Assembly (NCBI RefSeq): GCF_006345805.1
Contig: NC_043006.1
Span: forward strand, 48,236,001 to 48,300,000
Direction: 5' to 3'
Source of the DNA: Octopus sinensis
Lineage: Eukaryota
Length of the DNA stretch: 64,000 nt
Positions 37,745-52,301 of the stretch are shown one piece after another. Below the pieces are notes generated by a model, which did no database searches, was not told the origin of the DNA, and was given only the letters and a program-made list of their open reading frames with translations. Positions within the stretch are counted from its first letter, which is position 1; every line of letters starts with the position of its first letter. The position numbers and the translations under genes were made by a program.

Positions 37745-38192
37745 ATTCTTTTATTCTTTTCATTTAGTTGCTTCAGTCATTTGACTGCGGCCATGCTGCA
37801 GTTCTGCCATTAGTCGATCAAATCAACCGCAGTATTTATTGTTTTTTAAAGCCTAGTACTTATTCTAACCGTCTCTTTTGCCGAACCGCTATGTTACGGG
37901 AAAATAGACACACTGATATCGGTTGTCAAGCGACGTGGTGGTGGTGGTGGTGGGAAATCACACACATATACACACACACACTCACAGACAGACAGAAGAT
38001 AGACAGACAGACAGACAGATAGATAGATACGACTGGCTTCTTTCAGTTTCCGTCTACCAAATCCACTCACAACGCTTTGGTCAGCCTGAGGCTATGGTAG
38101 AAGACACTCGCCCAAAGTGCCACGTAATGGGACTGAACCAGAGACCATGTGGTTGGGAAGCAAGCTTCTTACGACACAGCCACTCCTATTCA
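37745..38192 (-). mobile_element. SINE family A, diverged
   Basis: Full-length alignment to the family. Confidence 0.85.
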
Positions 38193-38368
38193 CTATTCTT
38201 ATGTGCTACTCTATACTTTTGTAGAGAACAAAATTGTTAACCTTATTCAAGAGTGTTATTGACAATGACTTCGAATTTTCGGCCCCCTCAGCCATCGTCG
38301 AAATGTCTTAGTACAGCAATGGCTTCGAATAGTATTCACTGTCAACATTATATGTGTGTGTATGTGAG

Positions 38369-38399
<31 letters not shown>

Positions 38400-38411
38400 C
38401 GAGTGTGTGTG

Positions 38412-38792
38412 TTCTTTTACTCCTTTACTTGTTTCAGTCATTTGACTGCGGCCATGCTGGAGCACCGCCTTTAGTCGAGCAAATCGTCCCCAGGACTTAT
38501 TCTTTGTAAACGTAGTACTTATTCTATCGGTTTCTCTTTTGCCGAACTGCTATGTTACGGGGACATAAACACACCAGCATCGGTTGTCAAGCGATGTTGG
38601 GGGGACACAGACACAAATATATACACACACATACATACATATATATACACATATACCAAATCCACTCACAAGGCTTTGGTCGGCCCAAGGCTATAGTAGA
38701 AGACACTTGCCCAATGTGCCACGTAGTGGGACTGAACCCAAACCATTTGGTTGGTAAGCAAGCTACTTACCACAAAGCTACTCCTGCCCCTA
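38412..38792 (-). mobile_element. SINE family A
   Basis: Family match with a small internal deletion. Confidence 0.9.
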
Positions 38793-38841
38793 TACATATA
38801 TATACATACTATATATATATATAATATATATATATAATATA

Positions 38842-38894
<53 letters not shown>

Positions 38895-38969
38895 TGTATA
38901 TGTATATACATACATACATGGAAGCATACATACATATATATATATATATATAGATAGAGAGAGAGAGAG

Positions 38970-39036
<67 letters not shown>

Positions 39037-39799
39037 ACAAGTTTGTCAGGATTTGGCTAAAAGCTGTTTATTTAGTGCTTTCGACAGTTTGAGGGATTCT
39101 TTATGACTGAATTAGTCATGATTATTGCCTGAAAGACGAAAACGCTGAATAGATAGTTTTTATTTTTTCCCCAAACGTTCACTACTCTGTTTTTCATAAT
39201 ATACAAAATCTACACACCACTTCAAACTATACATACATTCACATGTGTGTCCGTGTATGAGGGTATATATATATATATATAACGTAATGTTTAAAGGTCA
39301 CTTTCACTGACCTTTGCTTGTTTACGAAGTCCAAGACGAAGCAGATGAAACATGAGATAATCTGGGACACGGTTTTATAGAAAAGAGAACTAAATAACGC
39401 TAATCGATCGAGAGCAGGGTAGGGGGCATGTCTGGACCGGATATATACCAGAATACTATGCGCCGCTATATAACTATGTACAACGATAAGATCCAAAAGC
39501 TTTCTTCAAAAGTAATTTTTAGAAGATAAAAAGCCCATACATACCTTTTTTTTTTTACCAAATTATATTACAAATCATATCTTCAAACTTTTGCCCATTT
39601 CCTGTACGAAGAAAACTTTATAGAATAATGAAAATCGATTAGTAGATTACGAAACTATAATAGAAAATTGTAGACAGCTTGTTTGATGGAAGTACTTTAG
39701 TACACCGAGTTGAGAAGCAAACTGATACAGAAAGTTATTCTGTAAAACTATTTTCTCAACCCCTTAGCAAAATTCAGCAGTTGATACATAGAGACATAC

Positions 39800-39831
<32 letters not shown>

Positions 39832-39851
39832 CACACACACACACACACACA

Positions 39852-39910
<59 letters not shown>

Positions 39911-40096
39911 ATATATATATATCATTATAATAATAAGGGTTTATATATATATAAAACATATATGCATGCGTACATGCGCACACATGCTCATTAATGTGTT
40001 TGTGTGTGCGTGTGTGAATTTGTGTCTGTTTAGATTTGGTAATACAGAAATACAGAGACATGAGTGTGTATATATATGTGTGTGTGTGTGTGTGTG

Positions 40097-40153
<57 letters not shown>

Positions 40154-40188
40154 CACACATATTTATATATGTATGCATATATATATAT

Positions 40189-40573
40189 ACTAGCAGTGTC
40201 GCCCGGCGTTGCTCAGGTTTGTAAGGGAAATAACTATAAAGCATTTTTAGAGAGTTATAGCCAAAAAATAGCAAAAAAAATGGAAAAAAATGATGGTAAA
40301 TTTATTTTTAGTTAAAAATGGTGGAGTTGCGTCCCCTAGACAGTTTATGGTCTGTGTTTCTGATTCTCGACCCCATGTCGAATTTATCGATTTTTTTCAG
40401 AACTGGGGGAACTTTTCAAAATTTTCGCTGCGTTAGTTTTGAATTATGACATTGGGCTATGTGTGTGTCAAGTTTCATCAGAATCGGTTGAAAGCCGTGG
40501 TCAGGGTGAAGGTACAAGCAAACAGACACACAGAAACACGCACAGACAAACTGCCGTTTATATAGAGAGAGAT
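40189..40573 (+). mobile_element. Family E variant (alternative 3' half)
   Basis: Same 5' end as 22256/36072; 3' caagtttcatcagaatcgg...cagacaaactgccgtttatatagagagagat. Confidence 0.8.
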
Positions 40574-40604
40574 GTATATATGTATGTATACATATATCTA
40601 TATA

Positions 40605-40663
<59 letters not shown>

Positions 40664-41830
40664 TTTGTGTGTGTGTATCTATGTATGTATCTATATTCAA
40701 TTGGCAATTGTCATAAAGTAACTCACAGTCAGAGAATTTCGTTGCATAGTACATACGGATGCTATGCGCGAATCTCACTGCTTTTGGTTCACTTTATAAC
40801 TTCTGGCCTTTAAATAAACATACGTGTATATCTGCATACATATACGCATATGTGTGTATGTATGTGTATGTGTTTGTGTGTGCGTCTTTGTATATATAGT
40901 TTGTATTATATAACTCGTGTATATTATGTTTGTATGTATTATATGTGCCTATGTATATATGTATATGTATATAAATATAAATATATATATATAATATATA
41001 TATATATAATATATATATATATTATATAAATATATATGTATGTGTGTGTGCCTGTGTATGTATATAGTTTTTATTATATAAGTTGTGTATATTATGTATG
41101 TTTGTGTACGTGTGTGTGTGTTTGGGTGAGTAGAGAGAGAGGGAGTGAGAAGAGGTTCAATGCAAAGATATTTTAGTAAACGCAACATCCAGTTTCTAGT
41201 CTACGTCGGAGAATCTTATTACAGGTTCACGGTTCCTTCACTTATCTTTGAATGTCCTAATTTAAGTAGACATAAACAAACCAATGGATATCACTGGAAA
41301 AGTATTTGCTTCCCTATTTTCGTCATTGAAGATATCATAACACTTGATAACGCAACGTGCTTTAGAAATTGTACAAGAACCTTATCATATCATCTCGTAC
41401 ATGCAAGTCGTCAGGGAGCCGGGTCTTCTCTCCATGAGTGGATAACAAGAGTAACAACGTTTGAGCAGCTTAGGATTTTATGACAAATGCAGTGTATAAG
41501 TCTGTCTAGTTTTACAAATTTTAACTGCACAATTTTAGTGAATCCAATACGAAACCAACGGGTGCCTCGTCAGCATGAATTCCTGTGGGTGTGGTTTCTT
41601 AAGCTAAGGAAAACTCCACCGAGACGGTTGTGTATTCTTAGTGCTACTTGAGTAGTTCTACATGTTTTGCTTGAAATATTTATACATCATCATTTCCTTA
41701 TCAAAATATCAAAACCCTCTTCTAATATTTGCTTTCCGCGTTATGTGCTTGTGCGCGTGCATGTGTGTGTATGTGTTTGTGTGCGTGCATATGTGTGTGT
41801 ATGCGTGTGTCTATTTATGTATATGTACAG

Positions 41831-42051
41831 TACAAGGGGGTGCTCAAAAATTCCCGGTTTTAAGAGTTTCGTGAAAGACATGATTGGAGGTCCAAACTTC
41901 CGAGTGCTTTTACAGGGCTTAGAAAAACTGAAGAACCACTGCAATAAGTGTTTGTATCTGAGAGGGGAATATATTGAATAGAATTATAAATAACCGATCC
42001 TCCTGTACTTTCTTTTACCCAAAACTAGGAACTTTTCAGTACCGTTTCGTA
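41831..42051 (+). mobile_element. Mariner-derived MITE
   Basis: TIRs tacaagggggtgctcaaaaattcccggtttt / aaaactaggaacttttcagtaccgtttcgta; encodes GLEKLKNHCNKCLYLRGEYIE* (mariner C-terminus). Confidence 0.8.
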
Positions 42052-42205
42052 AAGATGGAATTCACATTCATACCAGCATTTCATTAAAGAGCCAATTCAC
42101 TTGTCGCAGTAATTCATCGGATTTTACAATCGTTTGAATCTCCTATTCAACGGAAACTTAGTTAGAAAATATAAACTTCATTCATTTAATATATAATTGC
42201 ATATT

Positions 42206-42358
42206 AAGACTGCGAGCTGGCAGGGTCGTTAGCACGCCGGATAACATGTCTTCGTCCGTCTTTACTTTCTGGGTTCAAATGCCGCTGGGGTCGACTTTGC
42301 TTTTTATCTTTTCAGGGTCGATAAAATAAGCACCAGTCGACTCAAAATTTCAGCACTT
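42206..42358 (+). mobile_element. SINE family B, degenerate
   Basis: gcgagctggcagggtcgttagcacgccgg...ggggtcgactttgc. Confidence 0.75.
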
Positions 42359-42562
42359 CTAATACAAGGTACAATGGGCATTTTTAGTCCGGGTTTTCCT
42401 CAGTCGAAATTCCAAAGATAATCTGGAACTCGACTGAAGAAAGAAAACTCCCAATGACCCGTCCTTGTTTTCTTTGCGTCGTATATCCGGATGTTTTGTT
42501 GTCCTTTTTTTGTATCACCTAACTTTCTGGATGTTTTGCGTTCTTGTCCCATCTTGTATTTA

Positions 42563-42637
<75 letters not shown>

Positions 42638-43949
42638 TGTGTTTTCCCGTTGCTTTTTACAGGATTTTATACAATTTACTAGTCTCCTCCCGCAATTTCA
42701 AGCTTACTTTTGAGACACAGAGTATTTTTGTTATTAGATAGGGGAACTGGTTCACATGACATCAGGGCATGCGCCTATAGCAGAGGGCATATGGATCTAT
42801 GTAACGCATATCTAGGTGCCTATCCTCTCCGAGTCCTGTATGCCTTAGACACGGGACCATCTGCTATTTGTCTCATAAATGTGGCCCTTGACAGATACTA
42901 CCTTCTCAGATAGAACGGCTCTGGTAGTAGTGGTAACTAAGAGACTACTCTTTACTCCATATAAGTCCTGAATTCCAGAGTTGTGTCCTCATCATCGGAT
43001 GCAGTTTAATATTGTGCTCATTTACTGCTAAATGGATATAACGCCTAATTCTCTTTACATGATAACTCTAGACCTTTGGTTTATGATTTGTTTCCATATT
43101 ATTGGGAATAATGCCTATCCGGAACCAAACCGAAATACATTGCTAACCAGTGGTAAACGTTATTGTCCTATACAATAGGAGAAACGCATCATGCAAATTT
43201 TCCAACGTCTTGGGAGTAGCGGCATAAGCCCCAATAACATCTTGCTAACACAAGCCAGCCGTCTCTAAGAGGCAGTCATCGAGCACAAAAACGTGTGATG
43301 AAAAGATCATGTTCAAATTAGTTTCAATCAACAGTCTCTTTTCTCTCCAATAAATACAACGCTTCCGCCCCATCAATACTGCCCCCTCTCTCTCTCTCTC
43401 TCACCCCACTCTACCCTCTCTGTTTCCCTCTCTTCACTCTTTCCTTTTTCTTCTCTTTTCTCTTCGCCTTCCCCTTCTCTCGCTCTAACCGCGTGTCTCT
43501 TTTCCTTCTCTATGTGTTGATTGAATTTCTAAAATGCACGAATGAATAAATTAATGGTTGAGACGGAACCTCTTAAAAATCTTAATTGATATGGTGTTCC
43601 CGACCTCCAATCCTAGGAACTTTATGAATATTTAACCCCATTCCTTCTCTTTTTATTTATTTTTTTTATATTTTTAGAGAAGCATATGTGTTATATTATG
43701 ATAATATTATTCCGTTCAATGTTTTTTAAAACGTACAATAGTAACATCACATTAAACTCTGGGTAGAAGGAAATATTTCAAATAAAAATGTTAGACATCC
43801 GCCTTCTCACATACCACAAACACCATCGAATACTATTCCCAACCCCTCACCAACCACAAAGAAAACTGCGCAGAAAAGCACCATTAATACCATTTATTCT
43901 GTGTCCGCTATCGTCATTACTATTATCATTACTATCATGTATGACTATT

Positions 43950-44590
43950 GAAAAACAATTACTATCTTAACATGACAGCGTTACCACCACCATTACCTCC
44001 GTGCCTGTTACAACAACCAACCAGTTTCATCCTTACAGCTTTCCCTTATCGCAACCCCACAACCACCACCACCACCACCACCACCACAACCACTACCACT
44101 ACCACAGGCAACAACAACAACGACAGCACCACTACTCCATCACTCCAACTACGACAATTGCAAAACATTCTAATATAATTCTAATTACCATTCTAATATG
44201 GCACCACACCACGACTAATGCCAATACCGTTCGCTACATCTATTAGTACCAGCAACCTTGCCCTTATCATCAAGCCCATCACATTTGCCAATATTGTAAC
44301 TCTGACCGCCACCTCCATCGCCACCGCCACCGCCACCGATGCTGCTACGTTTTATTATATACCATCGGTGTCATCTTCGTCATCACCACCATCATCATCA
44401 TCATCATCACCATTATCATAATCATAATCATCATCTTCATCATCATCACCATTACCATCGTCATCACCGTCATCATCACCATCACCATCATCCTCATATC
44501 ATCATCATCATCATCATCATCATCACTACCACCACTATCATCATCACCATCACCATCACCATCACCACCATCATCATCATCCTCATCATC

Positions 44591-44621
<31 letters not shown>

Positions 44622-45700
44622 CCATAATATCTACTGCCGCTCCCACACCTACTATTGCTCATCATAAGTACCATCACCAATACTACAACTGCCACTACCA
44701 CCACCGTCACAACAGCCAACACTTCAACCACCACAACTATCACCATCACCACCAAACCAATACCGTCACCGCCGATATCACCACCACAACAACAACCATC
44801 GCTACAACAAACATTGTCAATAGGACCACCACCACCACCACCATTATCTCCACCACCACCATCACAATCACCAACCCCACAACCATCACCACCATCACCA
44901 TTAACATCACCGCTGACACTACAACCCCTCCACCACAAATACTTTCACCGTTGCCATCACTTCACCTCACAGCTTCCACTGACATTCTATTATACGCCGC
45001 AATCGTCAGCATCACCACCGTGGCCACCTCACACGCAACTAGCACCACCACCACCATCATCTCCATCATGTTTACCACCACTATCACCACCACCATCACC
45101 ACCACTGCCCCCCCCCCACAACTGATTAATCACCCTTTTAACACCACATTCCGTCAACTACCACAAGCAACAACAACCACAACACCAACATGTTACCACT
45201 CTAGCACCTTTACACTACAGCCCGCACCACAACTGTCACCACTCTAATGCCATCAACACCATATCACCCTCTCAGTAACACTGCCATCACCACCAACACT
45301 ACCACCATTACCACCACCACTACCACCACCATCACTACCACCTCTATCATTGCCACCACCACCACTACCACAGCACCATCTCTATCACTGCCATCCCCAC
45401 CACCAATACCACCTCAATCACCACCACTATTACCACTACCACCACCACTACCACCATTACCACACCACTACCACCACCATCACTACCACCTCTATCATTG
45501 CCACCACCACCACTACCACAGCACCATCTCTATCACCGCCATCCCCACCACCGACACCACCTCAATCACCACCACTATCACCACCACCATCACCACCACC
45601 ACCATCACCACTACCACCATCACTACCCACACCACCATTGCCATTCCCACCCTCAGCCATTCATCAACACTCAAACCGTCACCACAATAAACAGCATGGA
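43950..45700. repeat. ~1.75 kb cryptic (CAC/CAT/CAA)n low-complexity tract with a ~148-bp internal duplication
   Basis: atcactaccacctctatcattgcc... recurs at 45331 and 45479. Confidence 0.9.
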
Positions 45701-45971
45701 GAATAATTGGATTGGGTGGTGTCATTTACTGGGGAATTAGCGAACGTGTCATTTCCGGTTGTGACACTGCATATTTGATAATGGGGGACGGGAAGATAGG
45801 CGGTGGTGGTCGTGGGGATCGTCGTGATCGTCGTTGTCGCAGTCTTAAATATCGTATTTTTGATATTCTGTAGGATGTTGTTCTTTAGCCCTGGGTTGGT
45901 CTTCATCGCTCGAATGTTATTCCAACGGTGACCGTCTATTATAACTTATCCTACATTATCCTACGTATCCT

Positions 45972-46390
45972 AAGGCGACGAGCTGGCAGAAACGTTAGCA
46001 CGCCGGACGAAATGCTTAGCCGTATTTCGTCTGCTGCTAAGTTCTGAGTTCAAATTCCGCCGAGGTCGACTTTGCCTTTCATCCTTTCGGGGTCGATTAA
46101 ATAAGTATCAATTACGAACTGGGGTCGATATAATCGACTTAATCCCTTTGTCTGTCCTTGTTTGTCCCTTCTGTGTTTAGCCCCTAGTGGGTAGTAAAGA
46201 AATAGGTATTTCGTCTGTCGCTACGTTCTGAGTTCAAATTCCGCCGAGGTCGACTTTGCCTTTCATCCTTTCGGGATCGATAAATTTAGTACCAGCTACG
46301 CACTTGGGTCAATATAATCAACTTAATCCCTTTATTTGTCCTTGTTTGTCCCCTCTGTGTTTAGCCCCTTGTGGGCAATAAAAAAAATAA
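45972..46390 (+). mobile_element. SINE family B dimer
   Basis: Head plus two long modules. Confidence 0.9.
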
Positions 46391-47000
46391 CAAACATATT
46401 CCACACGCGTGTATATAGAGACGATGGAAATGTTCATATTTCATCTGAACACAAATAAACAATTAACGTCTTATATGCGTTCCATTTGTCTCGACCAACA
46501 ACGAAACTTAACTTACAATGAATGATTAGACATTTGTAGATACTCAATTCTTAGTATATCATTTTAGTGCTCGCTTTTCAAACACTACAGAAATATGTAC
46601 TGTGAATTCATGTAAAAATATGACAAAAGATTACAGATCTTACGAACATGAACATCTTTAAACAGCATTGATTTAAAAATTCGCATTGGTTTTCCAACCA
46701 TGAATTATCTCAATGATAAATCTAACGTTTCCTAACGCCTTATAGTTTTTACGCTGATAGAATAGTGTTCGGTTGTGATATGTTCTCTTCATGTTTATAA
46801 GTCTAAGAGATCAAATAAACATGCTCACACTTTGATAATTTTGCGATAGTGTAGCGATCTAAATAAAGAAGGGGATGATTTTCCCCTTGCAGCTTATGCC
46901 TTCTGTAAAGTTGACAAGTGTTTCGTTTCTTCAGATCAATGACATGAGTGAATTTCTTAGATTCTACACGTGTACGTTCTGTCTATTACATATATATATA

Positions 47001-47046
<46 letters not shown>

Positions 47047-47624
47047 GTAGATAAATTGTTGACTAGAAAAGAATACATATTTATATTACTGTATGTTTAT
47101 ATAAACGTGTGTGTATGTGAGCAGATTTACATACAAACATAAATTGTGTGTGTATATATATATATAATATATATATATATATATACAGACACACACGTTC
47201 ACAGATCTATGAAACATGCATGTATATAAAAGGGTGAGTAAGAAAGCAGCACAGTGTAACCGAATGTTATTTCACTTGAGATTCAGTCGTTCGATTTCTT
47301 CAAAGTACAAACTACATTTAAAAAGAGTGGTTTTTATAAAGAATCGGGAGGCAATTATCGATTTTCAGGCAATAAGTTTAAACAAAGTTGTACTCGTTCT
47401 TGAAGAAACTGAATGGTAGAAATTATTTTCTGTCAGCAATAATTTTGTTATACTCTTTATCGTGTAGAGAATTCTACCCTGAAGCTTTGTTGGTTATTTG
47501 TAATTCAAAACAAAAATGTCATTACGCATACCCACCTATACACTTAAATAGATATATACATATTGAAATAAACGTATAAATATATGTGTATGTGTGTTTA
47601 TAGACACACACACACACAAATATA

Positions 47625-47643
47625 CATTTATATCTATCTATCA

Positions 47644-47737
<94 letters not shown>

Positions 47738-47908
47738 CTATCTATTTATCTATCTATCTATCCATATCTATATCTATATATCTATATCTATCTATCTCTC
47801 TCTCTATATAATATATATATATAATTTATCAATATATTAATATAATATAATACAATATAATATATATATATATATATATAATATATATATATATAATTTA
47901 TCAATATA

Positions 47909-47955
<47 letters not shown>

Positions 47956-47960
47956 TATGT
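47625..47960. repeat. (TATC)n and (TA)n microsatellites
   Basis: Direct reading. Confidence 0.95.
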
Positions 47961-47966
47961 GTGTAT

Positions 47967-48372
47967 AGACGCAGGAGTGGCTGTGTGGTACGTAGTTTGC
48001 TTACCAACCACATGGTTACGGATTCAGTCCCACTGCGTGGCACCTTGGGCGAGTGTCTTCTACTATAGCCTCAGGCCGACCAAAGCCATGTGAGTAGATT
48101 TGGTAGATGGAACTGAAAGAACCCCGTCGTATATATATATATGTATATATGTGTGTGTGTTTGTGTGTCTGTGTTTGTCCCCCTAATATCGCTTGACAAC
48201 CGATGCTGGTGTGTTTATGTCCCCGTAACATAGCAGTTCGCCAATGAGAAACCGATAGAATAAGTACTAGGGTTACAAAGAATAAGTCTTGGGCTCGATT
48301 TCCTCGACTATGGGTGGTGCTCCAGCATGGCCGCAGTCAAATGACTGAAACAAGTAAAAGAGTAAAAAGAGT
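47967..48372 (+). mobile_element. SINE family A
   Basis: Full match. Confidence 0.9.
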
Positions 48373-48381
48373 ATATAATTG

Positions 48382-48447
<66 letters not shown>

Positions 48448-48830
48448 TGTGTGTGTGTGTGTGTGCAATTATGTAAGTATATAAAGTCTGAAATCTTATA
48501 TTTTATGAATTAACAAACCTCGACGTTTTTGTTGTCGATTTCGTTGCTGTTGTTGTTGTTGAGTAGCATTACACACCAGGTCGACATTAATTAAAGTAGA
48601 TCCATTTTCAGATGTTTTCTAGCCATGACCTCAGTTTTAAATATCCATTAATACTACATTAACCAACGTCTCTCCTTTTAATTTAGGAGTGGTACGCAGG
48701 AATTTTAGTAGCTGTTTGTAGCAAGCTCATCGAGAAGGCAGAAGCTAACCTCGTTAGTCACTTGATCAGATGCTATTTTCTTGTATGTGTCGCAAGGTAA
48801 TCTAAACATGTGGCCTGTCCGCTTACTCTG

Positions 48831-49171
48831 TGAAGGCGCATGGCTCATTGGTTACAGCGATGAGCTTACGATCGTGAGGTTGTGAGTTCGAATCTCGGAC
48901 CGGCTGCGTGCTGTGTTCTTGAGCAAGACACCACCTTATTTCACGTTGCTTCAGTTCACTCAGCTGTAGAAATGAGTTATGACGTCATTAGTGCCAAGCT
49001 GTATCGGCCCTTTTGCCTTTCCCTTGGATAACACTGATGGCGTGGAGAGGGGAGGCCGGTATGCATGGGCGACTGCTGGTCTTCCATAAACTACCTTGCC
49101 CGGACTTGAGCCTGGGAGGGTAACTTTCTAGGCGCAATCCCATGGTCAGTTATAACCGAAGGGGATCTCCA
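48831..49171 (+). mobile_element. SINE family D (CORE-like)
   Basis: 12-bp TSD ccgcttactctg at 48819-48830 and 49172-49183; homologous to the 19857 copy. Confidence 0.9.
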
Positions 49172-50088
49172 CCGCTTACTCTGAAAAGCCTTAGGGGAAT
49201 TTCTATACCGGCAACATTTTGTAACACAAAGCTCCCAACATGCTGAGTTTCCTTGAACGGGTACGTTCTACTTATTACTAATTTGCCTGGTTTTTCAACA
49301 ACCGTAATTCTCAGTTATATTTTCCAAAATTCTTTTCTAAATCTGTCAAAAAGTTCGTCTCTGAGGAGTAGCGTCAAAAAACAACGCCCTTGGTACCTGC
49401 TGTCAAACAATGAGTTTTTACGTACCACTTGAAAACTGTTCTAGGATTTACTTCGACACTGAGTATTTCCTATTTGCATTGTTGCTGGCGATCGTTTCAA
49501 ACGTTCTTGGTTCCTTTTGAATTACCTCCCCTTGACAACGTGAACATATACAATGACATTACTATTTAATGACATAACTTACCAACCGTGGTTTTCTGGG
49601 ATTTGAATTGGCTTCGTTCACCTTTCTCAACGACAACTAGATGTCTTTTTCATTACTGAAGTAATGATGACTATTCTGCTTACCATCTTTCGTACTATAG
49701 CAGACGTAAGGAGACAACTTAATTACTGGACATACGATCATTGAGCGGAAGTAAGACAACGGGTCTCTCAAGCCAGCAAGAACATCAAAAGTATATATTA
49801 CCTTCCGTAAATCCATATAAGGCAAGTATATCTTAATTAATGATTTGGACATAATTACAAGTACACGCCATCGGCAGGAAACTGTTATATCATGTTTCTG
49901 CAAGGGCATTATGGGGTTTTTCGGTGTTTTCATAATCTCTTTTCGCGGTTACATCATGGTGTTTTCTGCAAAAACTGCCATCTGCCGATTTCACAGATTG
50001 GCAGGAATGTATCCATTTCAGGAAAATCTACACCTAAATTATGTACCAAAAACATTTCCATACCATAGTAGGAAAGTGACTTCACATC

Positions 50089-50474
50089 ATCTCTCTCTAT
50101 ATAAACGGCAGTTTGTCTGTGTGTGTTTCTGTGTGTCTGTTTGGTTGTACCCTCACCATGACCACGGCTTTCAACCGATTCTGATGAAACTTGACACACA
50201 CATAGCCCAATGTCATAATTCAAAACTAACGCAGCGAAAATTTTGAAAAGTTCCCCCAGTTCTGAAAAAAATTGATAAATTCGACATGGGGTCGAGAATC
50301 AGAAACCCAAACCACAGACCGTCTAGGGGACGTAACTCCACCTTTTTTAACTCTCAAAAAAAAATTACCATCATTTTTTTTCCATTTTTTGCTATTTTTG
50401 GGCTATAACTCTCTAAAAATGCTTTATAGTTATTTCCCTTACAAACCTGAGCAACGCCGGGCGATACTGCTAGT
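50089..50474 (-). mobile_element. Family E variant
   Basis: Reverse complement of 40189-40573, high identity. Confidence 0.85.
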
Positions 50475-50619
50475 AGAGTATAAAAGTACAATTCAAACAC
50501 TCTAAATCAAAAATAATGTATAAAAACCATAAATCAATGAATAAAACTTTTGCATAATTTTCTAATTTATAAAGGACACCTCTATATACACGCAACACCT
50601 ACTACTTACAGTTATTTAA

Positions 50620-50932
50620 TTTTTTTATGTGCCCTTTTCAAGCCTAGCCAGGCTCATGGGCCCGGTTTCCCGGTTTCTGTGGCGTATGTATTCCCCACCA
50701 GCTGAACGGGACGGCAGTCCATCGCAGCGTTACTCAAGAAACAGGAAGAAAGCGTGAGAGACAGTTGGGGCGAAAGAGTACAACAGGGGTCGCCACCACC
50801 CCTTGCAGGATCTTCGTGGAGCTTTAGGTGTTTTCGCTCAATAAACACACACAACGCCCGGTCTTGGAATCGAAACCGCGATCCTCCGACCGCGAATCCA
50901 CTGCCCAAACCACTGGGCCATTGCGCTTCCAC
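50620..50932 (-). mobile_element. SINE family C with tail type 4 (V-domain-like)
   Basis: C head at 50735-50932 joined to gagtaacgctgcgatggactgccgtcccgttcag...cagaaaccgggaaaccggg. Confidence 0.85.
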
Positions 50933-51716
50933 TACTTTTCCCTAATTTTCCTTGAATGACTGACACAAAGGCTGGTTCGTATTGGAAGACTTCGCCGCAT
51001 TCATTTTATTGCTTATAATTCTTCCAATACAGTGGAATGATTGTACACCAGTCACTGTCAACAATTTATTAAAATATGTCATTCTTCTTAAACGTATAGA
51101 GATCTCTACGTAGATCGCGGCCATGGCTGTGTGGTTAAGAAACTTATTTGGCAATCATGTAGTTTGTGATTCAGTTCCACTATGAGACAAGTTGAGCAAG
51201 AGTCTTCTATAAAAGCCACGCGCCACCAACTAATAATATATTGTGTGAATTTGGTACATGGAAATTGTGTGGGAAGCCGTCATATGCATGTAAATGGAGA
51301 GGGAGGGAGGGAGGGAGGGAGAGAGAGAGAAAGAGAGATTACACATGGTTAATAGATATATATTCACCTTTCATATCTACTGATTTAATAGCTGATATAA
51401 TCCTCATGAGATAATTTCATTGATCGGATCTTCTAGATGCCAACTGCAAGGACATTTCTACATTGCGCTTTTCTGGATTAGATTACCATGTGCACTGTTA
51501 GCCGATCCCGCATTGGGAGCTTTCTTTGGTAGTCACACGATTCTCTGAATCCATGTCTTATACTCCCCCAACTCAGGCCCCACACCCACACAGTACGAGA
51601 CAAACAGACAGACAGACACCGTAGACACAAGGATTGATTCTGCAGATGTAGACGAACATACGAAAAGAAAACAAGATAAAAAGCATTCTGCCTTCCCTTT
51701 GGAAAATCCAGATTTT

Positions 51717-51754
<38 letters not shown>

Positions 51755-51772
51755 CATCTATCTATCTATCTA

Positions 51773-51830
<58 letters not shown>

Positions 51831-51956
51831 CATCTATCTGTCTGTCTATCTATTTAGCTATCTATTTATCTAGCTATCTAGGTAATCTAATACATACGCA
51901 CACACACATAATATTACACATATTAAGTATAATATAATATAATATATATATATATG

Positions 51957-51997
<41 letters not shown>

Positions 51998-52001
51998 ATA
52001 T

Positions 52002-52062
<61 letters not shown>

Positions 52063-52270
52063 GAGAAAGAAAGAAAGAAAGAAAAGATACTTCCATCCTC
52101 TGACTTATTCTTCGATCATTATTAATATATTTCGCTGTACACTTTCAGCACCTCTTCCTCCTATCCACAGATAAATACATACATATGTGTGTATCTGTGT
52201 ATAAATATATGCGTGTATATATGTACGCATATATGTATGCATTTCTGTGCGTATATATAGAGACATATAA

Positions 52271-52301
<31 letters not shown>

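Noticed and set aside
42710-42913. GPCR TM3-like segment ICLINVALDRYYLL
   Set aside because: Spacing from the upstream Cys to the DRY Arg is 31 residues rather than 25, a stop follows at once and no TM4 is recognisable; probably chance
44339-45690. Long His/Thr/Pro-rich ORFs (mucin-like)
   Set aside because: Open in several frames because of the trinucleotide composition; the internal 148-bp duplication shifts frame; no splice support
49560-50085. Overlapping ~100-aa ORFs and donor-like sites on both strands
   Set aside because: No consistent acceptor/donor pair with an open frame and no recognisable protein; one ORF is extended by a family E element
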